A stretch of DNA of 64,000 nucleotides. It comes from Conexivisphaerales archaeon. GTDB lineage: Archaea; Thermoproteota; Nitrososphaeria; Conexivisphaerales; DTJL01. Position 1 is the first letter of the stretch. Each line of letters opens with the position of its first letter. The stretch lies in assembly GCA_035543015.1 (NCBI GenBank), contig DATKKG010000017.1, positions 92,755-156,754 on the forward strand, in the 5' to 3' direction. The notes beneath the pieces were generated by a model. That model saw nothing but the letters and a program-made list of their open reading frames with translations. It had not been told where the DNA came from and searched no databases. The position numbers were made by a program, and so were the translations under genes. Positions 53,298 to 62,201 of this stretch are shown piece after piece.

Positions 53298-53923
53298 GAA
53301 GCCTTGACCTCCGGGCGGTGTCTGAACAGTATCGCGACGGGAGAGCAAAGTATGACGAAGCCCAGGAGCTTGATGCAGCTGAAGAGGAGGGCTAGATCGC
53401 CGGAGGGAACTACGACCATCTCCAGCAGGACGCTCGCCGTAATCAGAAGGAGGCCGGTGACGGAGATCAACGTCGCCCTGCTCCGGTACTGGAAGTAGAA
53501 GATGAGGGTCTCGGCGCTGATGTACATGAGGAGGTACAGAGAGACGGCGTTGATCGCGATGTTGAGCCAGGACAGGGTGGAGACGGAGAGTGCGGGAACG
53601 AGGAGCAGGGTGCCGAGACCCGATATCTCGCCGCGGACGGTGAAGAAGTGAGAGAGGGCCAGCAGGAAGTAGCCGGCTGCATCCAGCGCGGAGCCGGAGA
53701 TCATGACGACGGCCGAGAGCACCGGATCGTCAACTACGGACGCGACCGCGCCGAGGGCGAGCCCGATGGACAGCAGGGCGAAGCTGGTGCAGAGCCTAAG
53801 GAGGTTGGGACTCCCCGTAGCCCTGTAGCCCTTGTAGGCCGTCACCCCAGTTGCCCCGGCGGCTACGGCGGTGGCGAGCTGGACAATGAAGCTGACCGAG
53901 GTGACGGCAGACATAGCTGCCAT
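53294..53923 (-). CDS. polytopic (about 7 TM) membrane protein
   Basis: Hydrophobic ORF. I prefer the ATG at 53923, while the track start is 53965. Confidence 0.5.
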   Translation of the reverse strand: MAAMSAVTSVSFIVQLATAVAAGATGVTAYKGYRATGSPNLLRLCTSFALLSIGLALGAVASVVDDPVLSAVVMISGSALDAAGYFLLALSHFFTVRGEISGLGTLLLVPALSVSTLSWLNIAINAVSLYLLMYISAETLIFYFQYRSRATLISVTGLLLITASVLLEMVVVPSGDLALLFSCIKLLGFVILCSPVAILFRHRPEVKAS

Positions 53924-54007
53924 CCTGCACCTTTGTGGTGGTAGCCTATTACCATATAAAAACACTGGGAGGACTTGGCTGGGTTTCGCGTCTCACCCCG
54001 CAGATAG

Positions 54008-54016
54008 ATTTATAAT
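54008..54016 (+). promoter_or_regulatory. TATA box candidate (ATTTATAAT) for aSUI1
   Basis: AT-rich box about 35 nt upstream of the GTG at 54049. This spacing fits an archaeal promoter with a short leader. Confidence 0.45.
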
Positions 54017-54048
54017 GCACGCCCATTTGTGTAGGGTCGGATTTATCA

Positions 54049-54357
54049 GTGGCCGAAGTTTGCCAGGTTTGCGGCCTGCCCAAGGATCTGTGCGTCTGCG
54101 AAGAGCTTGAGAAACAGCAGTCCAGAATCGTCGTCCGCCTTGAGATGAGGCGTTTCAGGAAACCGACAACGATACTCGAAGGGATGGACCCAAAGCACAT
54201 AGACCTGTCCCAGCTGGCCAGCAGCATGAAACGCAGGTTCGCCTGCGGAGGCAGCGCCAAGGAGGGCGTCATCCTGCTTCAAGGTGACCACAGGGACGAA
54301 GTGAAGGCCTATCTCGAGACCCAGGGGTTCGGGGCTGAGAGCATAGAAGTGCAATAG
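54049..54357 (+). CDS. sui1: translation initiation factor aSUI1 (eIF1)
   Basis: CGLPKDLCVCEE zinc-knuckle-like N-terminus and a SUI1 core (RFACGGSAKEGVILLQGDHRDEV). Confidence 0.92.
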   Translation: MAEVCQVCGLPKDLCVCEELEKQQSRIVVRLEMRRFRKPTTILEGMDPKHIDLSQLASSMKRRFACGGSAKEGVILLQGDHRDEVKAYLETQGFGAESIEVQ

Positions 54358-54404
54358 GAACCTGCATGACGCGATCAACCTAGGTCTGCTTAAGAGGGAG
54401 AGCC

Positions 54405-54620
54405 ATGGTAGAGTCGAAGTCGGGGCGAAAGGGCGCGGCGGGGAGACCACGATTCCGAAGGCGTTTCTTCACCACGAAGCTGTGCCCGAACTGCCTCGGC
54501 GAGCTAAAGCCTTTGTCCGAGTTGAGCGGCAAGGTCACTCCGGAGAGCTTTTACTGCGAGAAGTGTGGCTACGCAGGAAGCGTGGCCCTTGAAAGGCGGG
54601 AAGATGAACCGGGCGAGTGA
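54405..54620 (+). CDS. small zinc-ribbon protein
   Basis: 71 aa with CPNC ... CEKCG. It overlaps the start of the following CPBP gene. Confidence 0.5.
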   Translation: MVESKSGRKGAAGRPRFRRRFFTTKLCPNCLGELKPLSELSGKVTPESFYCEKCGYAGSVALERREDEPGE

Positions 54621-55659
54621 CTCCGTAGAGAAGGGACTATTGTTCGCCGCGGCGACCCTGGGGGTCGCGCTGCTGATCGTCGCGTTCGCCTCCTTCCCGC
54701 TGGGGGCCTACTCCTTCTTCAGCAACCAGATAAACGGCACCTCACCTGATGCCACCTTCAGGCAGCTCTACATCTACGTCGTGGGCGTTCAGCTAACCTT
54801 CCCCGTCCCTGCTGGCCTTGTCAGCCTAGGTGGCCTGTTCTTCCTCCTGTGGGCCACCTACATCGCCCTCTTCGTATTCCTCCTGCAGGGCCCCTGGTAC
54901 GACCTCCTGAAGGCGCTGAGGTCCATCAGGTCGGGGGGGACGCTCGCCGTCTACTCCAACGGGGCGCTGACCTGGTCCTTCGCCTTCCCCGTCTCCATAC
55001 TGATGGCTGTGATGATCGACTCCCTCCTGACGTCCGCCGGGGTTCCGATAGGCACGCTGCCCAGCGTCGACGCGAGGTTCGTTTTCTGGCAGACGACGTA
55101 CGCCCCCATCGTGGAGGAGGTCGGCTTCAGGGTTACGATAGTCGGCGTGGTCGCGGTCCTGATGGCGCTCTCTGCCGGTGGCAGGAGGAGGAGCCTTCTG
55201 GCGCTTTGGCACCCCTCAAGGGTGCTGGGCTCGCTGGGGGTTGAGTCCTGGAAGCAGCCGGGTATCTACGCCGCCATCTTCGGCAGCGCGGCGATCTTCG
55301 GCGTGGCCCATGTCCTCGGAGGGTGGGAAATAGGGAAGTTCTTCAGCTCCTTCGCGGTCGGACTCGCCTTCGGGCTCCTGTACTACACGCACGGGCTTCC
55401 TCTGGCCGTGATGATGCACTGGGGGTTCGACTACTTTGGATATTCGCTGTACTACTTCGACCAGGTTCGGGGGCTGCCGCCTCTGACCAGCGAATTCACC
55501 TCTCTCTATTCGCTTCAGTACGCCGAGTTCTACTCGGACGTACTGGTCTATATGATCGGCGTTGCCCTGTTCGTCCTCGCCCTCTACGTCCTGGCCAAGG
55601 CGGCCGGGGCTCGCAGGCGGACGCCCATGGCCGCAGCGGCCGCCCCTCAGGCAGCTTGA
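54604..55659 (+). CDS. CPBP (CAAX/Abi-type) intramembrane glutamic endopeptidase
   Basis: Motifs EEVGFR, FGVAHV and HWGFD in a polytopic protein. I prefer the ATG at 54604. Confidence 0.8.
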   Translation: MNRASDSVEKGLLFAAATLGVALLIVAFASFPLGAYSFFSNQINGTSPDATFRQLYIYVVGVQLTFPVPAGLVSLGGLFFLLWATYIALFVFLLQGPWYDLLKALRSIRSGGTLAVYSNGALTWSFAFPVSILMAVMIDSLLTSAGVPIGTLPSVDARFVFWQTTYAPIVEEVGFRVTIVGVVAVLMALSAGGRRRSLLALWHPSRVLGSLGVESWKQPGIYAAIFGSAAIFGVAHVLGGWEIGKFFSSFAVGLAFGLLYYTHGLPLAVMMHWGFDYFGYSLYYFDQVRGLPPLTSEFTSLYSLQYAEFYSDVLVYMIGVALFVLALYVLAKAAGARRRTPMAAAAAPQAA

Positions 55660-55719
55660 GTCCGGCGAGGCACCAAGTATAAAGGCTCCTTAACGCTGAC
55701 TCCCGGGAGTGATTCCCGA

Positions 55720-56262
55720 GTGTGCGTCATAGGCGAAGATGAGTTCCTCAAGCTGCAGACCAGGCTGAGGGTGATACACCCTTTCAACGAGGCCCTCCTC
55801 GACGGCGACGGCTACGTCCTCACGGTCAAGGAGGACGTGACCATGAACTATCTTGAGCACCACAACCTCCTGTCCAACGAGGTAGTCTTCGTCCCGCCCA
55901 CATTCGTCGCCCACCTGACAGCGAAGAGCATCTTCGGAAGGATGGGTCTCTCATTTCTTAACGCGGCGAAGGTCCACAGCGGCTACATCGGCAGGCTGGT
56001 GCTGGAGGCGGTCAACCTGAACAACGCCCGCAGGCCGATCACCATCAGGAAGAGCGACCCTTTCATGCATTTTGAGCTGGTGAGCAGGCTCGGCGCACCT
56101 GCACCTTACATGGGCAGGTACACCTTCCAGTACATGACCGACGACGAGGTGAAGCTCTACGCGGACCTCACCGCGAAGGAGTTCCCCGACCTCTACGACC
56201 AGAGGAAGCTGAAGGCGCTGGCGGAGTCCAGGGTGCTCACCCCCGCTATGGTGTCGTTCTAG
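55720..56262 (+). CDS. second Dcd/Dut-superfamily protein (dUTPase or dCTP deaminase paralog)
   Basis: HSGYIGRLVLEAVNL matches the SGxxGxLxLExxN core. At 180 aa it is divergent from the 38 kb copy. Confidence 0.65.
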   Translation: MCVIGEDEFLKLQTRLRVIHPFNEALLDGDGYVLTVKEDVTMNYLEHHNLLSNEVVFVPPTFVAHLTAKSIFGRMGLSFLNAAKVHSGYIGRLVLEAVNLNNARRPITIRKSDPFMHFELVSRLGAPAPYMGRYTFQYMTDDEVKLYADLTAKEFPDLYDQRKLKALAESRVLTPAMVSF

Positions 56263-56365
56263 CGGCCAACCCCCGTTTGAGGGGGGCTTCGGCTCCCTGG
56301 GCCGCCGCGTTCGCTACAATCAAACAGGATGACGCCTTGACTGGGAGACTTGCCGAGAGCCCAGG

Positions 56366-57049
56366 TTGACTTCTGGAAGCTTGGTCGTCAGGTCGTTGGC
56401 GGCAGCCGTAGTTGCCCTCCTCCTAGCTTCGGCCAGCCTGTACCTCTCACTCCAGGAGTCCCAGAGCCGAAACAGGGAGTTGAGCGGCCTGAACGCCTCC
56501 CTCCAGTCGCGGATCGACTCCCTCAATTCTCAGATCGCCTCGCTCGACTCGCAGGTGAGCTCCCTGAACTCTCAGCTTGATGAACAGCCGCAGTTGGTTA
56601 AGCAGCTGAGAGATCTCGACCTGCAGGTGCTCGACCTTGAGTCGGAGCTGCTGAAAGCCCAGGGGGACCTCAACGCTTCGTTTCCGATGCTGTCATTCCT
56701 CCAGAACCAGACGCTTCAGTACTTCTATCCCGTGAGCTACTGCGACAGCAACGGCTTGCTGGGCTGCGCCGACGACCTCCTTCCATACGTCCAGCGTGAT
56801 CCTGGCTTCACAGAAGCGGAGGCAGGGAGGAACTACACCTACCTCACATCGAGCGTTGACGGAGGAGAAAGCTTCGCGATCTACTTCCTTCCCCCGCTTG
56901 ACGCCCGGGGCTTGGGGATCTACGTTGCCATTCGCATGATCGGGCCCGACCCGTCACATGGCCTGGGATACTTCTCGCTGGTGAACATGACGACCGCCGT
57001 GTTCCCCATGCTCACGCCCGGCATGAGCGCACAGATGCGGCCCGAGTAG
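56366..57049 (+). CDS. membrane-anchored coiled-coil protein with SLxSQ heptads
   Basis: An N-terminal TM is followed by the repeats NASLQSR/IDSLNSQ/IASLDSQ/VSSLNSQ and a globular C-domain. Confidence 0.5.
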   Translation: MTSGSLVVRSLAAAVVALLLASASLYLSLQESQSRNRELSGLNASLQSRIDSLNSQIASLDSQVSSLNSQLDEQPQLVKQLRDLDLQVLDLESELLKAQGDLNASFPMLSFLQNQTLQYFYPVSYCDSNGLLGCADDLLPYVQRDPGFTEAEAGRNYTYLTSSVDGGESFAIYFLPPLDARGLGIYVAIRMIGPDPSHGLGYFSLVNMTTAVFPMLTPGMSAQMRPE

Positions 57050-57086
57050 CTTCCGCTCGCCCAGCTGCCTGAAAGAAAGTGGCCGG

Positions 57087-58040
57087 TCAGGAGACCGGGG
57101 GCTCTTGAATCTTGAGGGCGGTCTTGAGGCCCTTGTACCTGTTCCTAATGGTTACTTCCGTGACTCCAGCCGCCTCCGCGATGTCCTTCTGGGTCTTGTT
57201 CTCCCCTTCGAGGACGCAGGCGACGTAAAGAGCCGCGGCCGCGAGGCCCATTGGATCCTTTCCAGCGCTCGTCCTGGATTCGATGGCCCTCTTCAGTATC
57301 TCGACCGCTCGCCTCTTCGTCCTTTCGGTGAGGCCCGCCTTGCTGGCTATTCGTGAGACGCACTTGACGGGGTCCATGATGGGCATCCGGAGGTCGAGCT
57401 CCCTCAGGAGCAGCCTGTAGCAACGGGCGATGTCCTTCTTCTTCACGCTGCTGGCGGCGGCGACGTCCTTGAGGGTCCTCGGGGTCTCCGTGACCCTGCA
57501 AGCAGCGTAGACCGAGGCCGCAATCAGGGCGCTGATGCTGCGTCCCCTCACGAGGCCCTTCTCGAGAGCCTTCCTGTAGGTGTAGGCCGCCCTTTCGACC
57601 ACGACGTCGGAGATGTTGAGCTTGTCGGCGAGCCTGTCCAACTCGCTGAAGGCCTGCCTGAGGTTCCTGTCCACCGGCTCATGCACCTGGCTCCTTCCGT
57701 CCCACGTGCGCAACCTCTCCATAGCTGTCCTTACGCTTCCCGCCAGGGTCTTGCCCGACGCGTCCCTGTCCTCGGGACCGATAACGGTCGCCAGGCCCAT
57801 GTCGTGCATCGCCAACGAAGTGGGTATGCCTACGCGGCTCCTGTCCTCCTTTTCCTCTTTCGAGAAGGCCCTCCATTCGGGCCCGGTCTCCTCTATGCGC
57901 TCCTTGACGACGAATCCGCAGTAGCTGCAGACCATTTCGCCTGTGGCCGAATCAATGACCATCGGCCTTCTGCCGCATCTGGGACAACGCTCAGACTGGG
58001 CATTCTGGTCTCCGGGAAACATCTCTCTTCTAGAAGACAT
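57087..58040 (-). CDS. tfb: transcription initiation factor IIB (TFB)
   Basis: Zn ribbon CPRCG...CSYCG and two cyclin-like repeats in a 317 aa protein. Confidence 0.95.
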   Translation of the reverse strand: MSSRREMFPGDQNAQSERCPRCGRRPMVIDSATGEMVCSYCGFVVKERIEETGPEWRAFSKEEKEDRSRVGIPTSLAMHDMGLATVIGPEDRDASGKTLAGSVRTAMERLRTWDGRSQVHEPVDRNLRQAFSELDRLADKLNISDVVVERAAYTYRKALEKGLVRGRSISALIAASVYAACRVTETPRTLKDVAAASSVKKKDIARCYRLLLRELDLRMPIMDPVKCVSRIASKAGLTERTKRRAVEILKRAIESRTSAGKDPMGLAAAALYVACVLEGENKTQKDIAEAAGVTEVTIRNRYKGLKTALKIQEPPVS

Positions 58041-58280
58041 CCCATGTCACCAAAAAGCTTTTAGCAGTCTATACCCTTAAATGGGTTCTATTTAAACGTC
58101 GCGTTCGAAAACCGTAGCACGTCGAACACTGCCCCCAAAGGGCCTTCTTCACATCCGTCAGTTCATCTCTGCAGCCTCACAGGGGGATCGCGGCAGGTCG
58201 ATAAGGAAGCGACACCAGGATCGCCCTGAGGCACATGCCTTCCGGCCCGCCGTTCAGCGTGGCTCCCCCCGGGTCCCTCC

Positions 58281-58532
58281 TTGTGGCCAACAACATGCCA
58301 GGAGTTCCTCCTGGCATATGTCGGCTTTCGGTTCGGGACAGAAGTCAGCGCATCCGGCTGGGGGCTGCTGATGCAAGAGGGTCCGCCGTACGTTAGAACC
58401 GACTGGTGGACCTCCTCCTTCCCTGGCCTGACCGTCGCCCTGGTCTCCCTGGGCTCTGCGTTCCTGGGAGACGCCCTCGTCAACGTGCTCGACATGGAAC
58501 TGGAGACCAGCGCCTTCGCCAAACTGGTCTGA
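58281..58532 (+). pseudogene. remnant of the C-terminus of an Opp/Dpp-type ABC peptide permease
   Basis: FLLAYVGFRFGTEVSASGWGLLMQEG...WWTSSFPGLTVALVSLGSAFLGDALVNVLD matches the conserved C-terminal end (LSFLGLG..P.PSWG...W....PGL......NLLGDxLRDxLD). There is no upstream permease body, and the fragment sits in a 600-nt gap. Confidence 0.6.
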
Positions 58533-58650
58533 GCCAACCTGGATGCTGCGAACTGAAGGGGCACTCGTCATCGCACGATTCCGCCCCGACCCAGTCTAGA
58601 TAGTTCTTAAATAGAGAAGGGGGAATATCGTACTCATCACGCGAGAGACC

Positions 58651-59496
58651 TTGCAGTCGCCGCTCCCCCTCGAGATCGTCGAAAGGATACGAATCAAGCA
58701 TCCCGACGCGAGCCTCGCGGTGATCGGCTGTCACGCGGCCGGAGTATCGAGGCCCTATTGCGAAGTCAACGTGGCGGCCTATCCCGCGGTGGGTCGGCCT
58801 TGGACGCTCGCCGAGGGGAAGAAGTTCTACGAGGTGATTCCGATAACGAACCTGTCACAACTCTATCTGGAGAGCGAGAAGATGGAGGTCGTCACCGACG
58901 ACAAGTGGTCCTTCGCCAGCCTCAAGGCCAGCTTCGTCGACCACAGGATGGAGAAGCTCCTTCTCGCCACGTCGATGAGGAGGCTGACCACGACCATAAA
59001 GCACCTCGGCATCGTCTACAGCAGCCAGGCCAACGACAGGCCGTACCAGGCCACCCTTAACCTGCTGGCGGCTGCGGCCAAGTATTCAGAGGGCGTGCTG
59101 CTCCTGAGGAGGATCATCCCACATCCGTCTCACCTGGTCGAGCAGATGAAGACCGCTGCCTCCCTCAACCCGGTCGCGACGGTCCTCGACTTCGACCAGT
59201 CTACCGAGTCCGCGGTGAAGAGACGGGTCGCCAAGCTTGTGGCAGGGGTGGGCGAGTCGGAGGCCTTCGTGCTCAACCTCAAGGTGAACGGCCTTCTCCA
59301 GGAAATGAAGCCTTTCGACGCGATGCTCTACCTGGACTGGTTCCTTTCGGAACGGTCATCTTCGAAGGACCCCCGCTTGGAGCTGGCCTCATCCTCCATC
59401 AAGATCAAGCTGGACGAGAGGGAGCTCAGGGAAAGGGCCGACCTCCTGCTCAGCTATGTGAAGCGCGCGTCGGCCCAGCAGAGGGTCTTGGACTAG
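58651..59496 (+). CDS. hypothetical protein (possible degenerate nucleotidyltransferase-fold N-domain + helical C-domain)
   Basis: 281 aa. VIGCHAAGVSRPYCEVNVAAY loosely resembles the GSxxxG...SDxD NTase motif but lacks the acidic residues. This is a weak call. Confidence 0.45.
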   Translation: MQSPLPLEIVERIRIKHPDASLAVIGCHAAGVSRPYCEVNVAAYPAVGRPWTLAEGKKFYEVIPITNLSQLYLESEKMEVVTDDKWSFASLKASFVDHRMEKLLLATSMRRLTTTIKHLGIVYSSQANDRPYQATLNLLAAAAKYSEGVLLLRRIIPHPSHLVEQMKTAASLNPVATVLDFDQSTESAVKRRVAKLVAGVGESEAFVLNLKVNGLLQEMKPFDAMLYLDWFLSERSSSKDPRLELASSSIKIKLDERELRERADLLLSYVKRASAQQRVLD

Positions 59497-59534
59497 CGGT
59501 AGGAGGGCCTCAAGAGCCCTCGACGCCCTCGGTC

Positions 59535-60647
59535 CTAGGCTCCCGTCAGTTCCTGGTAGAGTCGTCTGTGTTCCTCGACCACCTTGGGAGTGTCGTAGTT
59601 CTCTTCCACGTACCTGTGCGCCTCCCTTCCGCCTTCCGCCCAGCGGTCCCTTTCGAACTGACGCCTTAGCGCCAGGGCGAACGCCGACGGCGAGTCAGAT
59701 CGGACGTGCTCCCCGAATCGGGACGCGAATGCGTCGGGATCGTTGCAGCTCACTATCGAGCAACCGTAGCCGCCGGCCTCCAGGAAGGAGATAGGCAGAC
59801 ATTCGTACACCGACGTGTTGACGAGGGTCCAGGCCCTTGACAGCAGCTCGACCTTCCTCTGCCCCTCGTCAAATCCTTCAAACTTCAGGTTCGGAAGGTC
59901 GTACTTGGACCTCAGTCCGGCGTCGAGGCCGAAGTGGCTTGTGCCAAGGACATGGAAGCGCACGTCGGGCATGAGCTTCGCGATCTCGCAGAACAGCTCC
60001 GGTCGCTTTATGGGGTCAAGCCTGCCCAGGAAGAGGACCGTCGGGACGTCAGCCTTCCTGGGGAGCCCTTCCGGCACGTCCACCATGTTCGGGAGCCAGC
60101 GAACGTTCCTGATTCCGTACTCCCTTTCTATGAAGGGTATCTTGTGGACGGCTTGGGAGGCCACCAAGTTGGCGGCCCTCACGGCGGATCTGTAGCGCCG
60201 CTTGACCAGGAAGGAGCTCGCGATCCCCCAGGGCGTCGAGTACGCCTCTGGAGGGCCGCCGCCGTCGTATGGCAGCGTCAGTCGCCTTTCGGCATCTGTG
60301 CGAGCGTCCTGGAACGTGACGGCCTTGGGTGTCCGAGGGTTCATCTTGAACGTGAACCAAGTGTCGAGCCACGCCCAGCCCTGAGAGTGTATGACGTCCG
60401 CATCCGATCTGTAGGAGGCTCTCCTTTCGTTCCTTTCGGACCGGGAGTTGGGAAGGGTCTTCACCACGACGCCGTCGATGCTCTCCGTCTCTCCGACGGG
60501 CTTCTGCGCCGGGAACATCTTCCTTATCCATGCCTCCACCTCGATGCCCGACCTGACGAGCTCGCGACCGAGCTTCCTCGAGAAGAACCCGAAGCCGCCG
60601 TAGCTTCCCCAGGAGAAGAACTCGTCCGCCACGATGAGGACCTTCAT
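59535..60647 (-). CDS. glycosyltransferase family 4 (GT-B)
   Basis: MKVLIVADEF... N-terminus and a C-terminal EX7E-like segment (ECLPISFLEAGGYGCSIV). Confidence 0.85.
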   Translation of the reverse strand: MKVLIVADEFFSWGSYGGFGFFSRKLGRELVRSGIEVEAWIRKMFPAQKPVGETESIDGVVVKTLPNSRSERNERRASYRSDADVIHSQGWAWLDTWFTFKMNPRTPKAVTFQDARTDAERRLTLPYDGGGPPEAYSTPWGIASSFLVKRRYRSAVRAANLVASQAVHKIPFIEREYGIRNVRWLPNMVDVPEGLPRKADVPTVLFLGRLDPIKRPELFCEIAKLMPDVRFHVLGTSHFGLDAGLRSKYDLPNLKFEGFDEGQRKVELLSRAWTLVNTSVYECLPISFLEAGGYGCSIVSCNDPDAFASRFGEHVRSDSPSAFALALRRQFERDRWAEGGREAHRYVEENYDTPKVVEEHRRLYQELTGA

Positions 60648-60912
60648 GGGCCGGATTCCACCGAAGACCATCCCTTCAGGCTCCAGAAGACGGACCGAGC
60701 TAGCTCAGGAATTGGATTGCGCGGAAGGAGAATTCGTCCCGTGAAGAGCGCTTTGGCGGGCGAGATATAAAAAGAACTAGCGCGCTTCGTGATGACGCCG
60801 CCGGCGGGGACTCGGCCCGGCCTGCCATGCCTCTAGGCAAAGGATGGTGGAGCAGCCAAGAAGGTCGTCCAAACCAAGCCGATCAAGGCTCTGGTATATT
60901 GTCGGTTGACGG

Positions 60913-60965
60913 CGCAGGTCCATTGACTTCAAGACGTGGGCTAAGGACGTGGGTTCGGACCTGCG
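60913..60965. other. 9-bp stem hairpin CGCAGGTCC (35 nt) GGACCTGCG with internal direct repeat GACGTGGG x2
   Basis: Arms at 60913-60921 and 60957-60965. GACGTGGG occurs at 60933-60940 and 60946-60953. The element lies in the intergenic region between the cupin and glycosyltransferase genes. Confidence 0.6.
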
Positions 60966-61064
60966 AAAGAGCTTGATTGGGTATCTATCCTGCTGGAAAG
61001 GAGACCAATGTCATCAGGCTAACCGGCGATGCGGCTCTCGCTTGATCCCTTTCTTCCCCGGAAC

Positions 61065-61397
61065 TCACTGGGGAGAAGCCCTTTGCGGCCTCAAATCTGG
61101 AGACGCGACGACGACATACACATACCTGAGAAGGGCGTCGGACCTGTTCTTGACATTGTGAATCGTATGCGGAGGTATGAGCACCACGGAAGGGGCTTCA
61201 ACCATTTCTGCGTGCCCATCGGAGATGATATCTGCCTTCCCATCGAATATCGCGATCAACTCTTCCCCATCTTCGGTCGTGTGCTCTCCCACCTCCTTGC
61301 CGGGTTCCAGGATCACGTAACCTGACCGCAGTTGGCGGCCATCGGAGCGGGTGACAAGCGCTCCGGCTTTCTCCAAGCGTCTGACCAATATCGCCAT
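61065..61397 (-). CDS. cupin domain protein
   Basis: GEHTTEDGEELIAIFDG ... LIPPHTIHNVKN cupin motifs. I prefer the ATG at 61397. Confidence 0.75.
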   Translation of the reverse strand: MAILVRRLEKAGALVTRSDGRQLRSGYVILEPGKEVGEHTTEDGEELIAIFDGKADIISDGHAEMVEAPSVVLIPPHTIHNVKNRSDALLRYVYVVVASPDLRPQRASPQ

Positions 61398-61691
61398 GAC
61401 TGACGCCTTTCCACGCGACCATAATAAGGATGAGCAAAGGCGCACCCTCACCCCTTCCGAGTCCTCCAGTCAAGATGCCAGTTTCTTGGCGAGAGCTTGG
61501 CCCTGCGAAGGAATGGGCTAGCTGAGGAGGCTGACCAAAGCGACCCCGCTCCAGGACTTCTTCGTGGTCGACGTGGCGAAGAGCGCAAGGGCGATGAGGA
61601 TGATCGCCCAGAGACCGTAGACGTCCCGGGTGGTCGAGCTCGAAAAGGATAATAGAAGACGGGAGGTAGGACGACCGGAGCCGACATTGGC

Positions 61692-62171
61692 TTGGACTTC
61701 GAAGTCGTCGATGTGACACCTAGGGACCACAGCGTCATCATCGGCCAGGCGCATTTCATAAAGACGGTCGAGGACCTCTACGAGACGCTGGTCACTTCGT
61801 CGCCCGCCGCCAGGTTCGGCATCGCCTTCTGCGAGTCCAGCGGCCCCGCCCTCATCAGGGTCGAAGGGAACGACGATTCCCTGAGGGCCGATGCGGCCTC
61901 CGTCGCGGCGAGGATCGGGGCGGGCCATTCGTTCGTCATCACGTTGAGAGATGCGTACCCGATCAACGTCCTCAACAGGGTCAAGTCGGTCGAAGAGGTG
62001 ACCACCGTGTTCTGCGCCACCGCCAACCCCGTCCAGGTGATCGTGGCATCGACCGAGCAGGGCAGGGGCATAATGGGCGTCATAGACGGCGTCAGCCCGA
62101 AAGGGACCGAAGGTGCGGGAGACGCGAAGGACCGGCGCGACTTCCTCAGGAAGATCGGCTACAAGAGGTAG
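61692..62171 (+). CDS. adenosine-specific kinase family protein (PF04008-like)
   Basis: VIIGQAHFIKTVEDLYETL ... FCATANPVQVIV ... GVIDG is typical of that family from memory. TTG start. Confidence 0.75.
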   Translation: MDFEVVDVTPRDHSVIIGQAHFIKTVEDLYETLVTSSPAARFGIAFCESSGPALIRVEGNDDSLRADAASVAARIGAGHSFVITLRDAYPINVLNRVKSVEEVTTVFCATANPVQVIVASTEQGRGIMGVIDGVSPKGTEGAGDAKDRRDFLRKIGYKR

Positions 62172-62201
62172 TCCCGGGCCCTGACCTGCCGCACGGGCGT
62201 T

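Noticed and set aside
55720-56262. The second dCTP-deaminase-like gene next to a CPBP/Abi-type protease, considered as a nucleotide-depletion antiviral module.
   Set aside because: Archaea commonly encode two Dcd/Dut paralogs (a dCTP deaminase and a dUTPase). The protein lacks the extra kinase-like domain of defence dCTP deaminases. CPBP proteases are widespread housekeeping or unknown proteins.
60913-60965. tRNA-like T-arm (GTGGGTTCGGACC).
   Set aside because: No acceptor, D or anticodon arms can be drawn around it. The pairing is a simple long hairpin.
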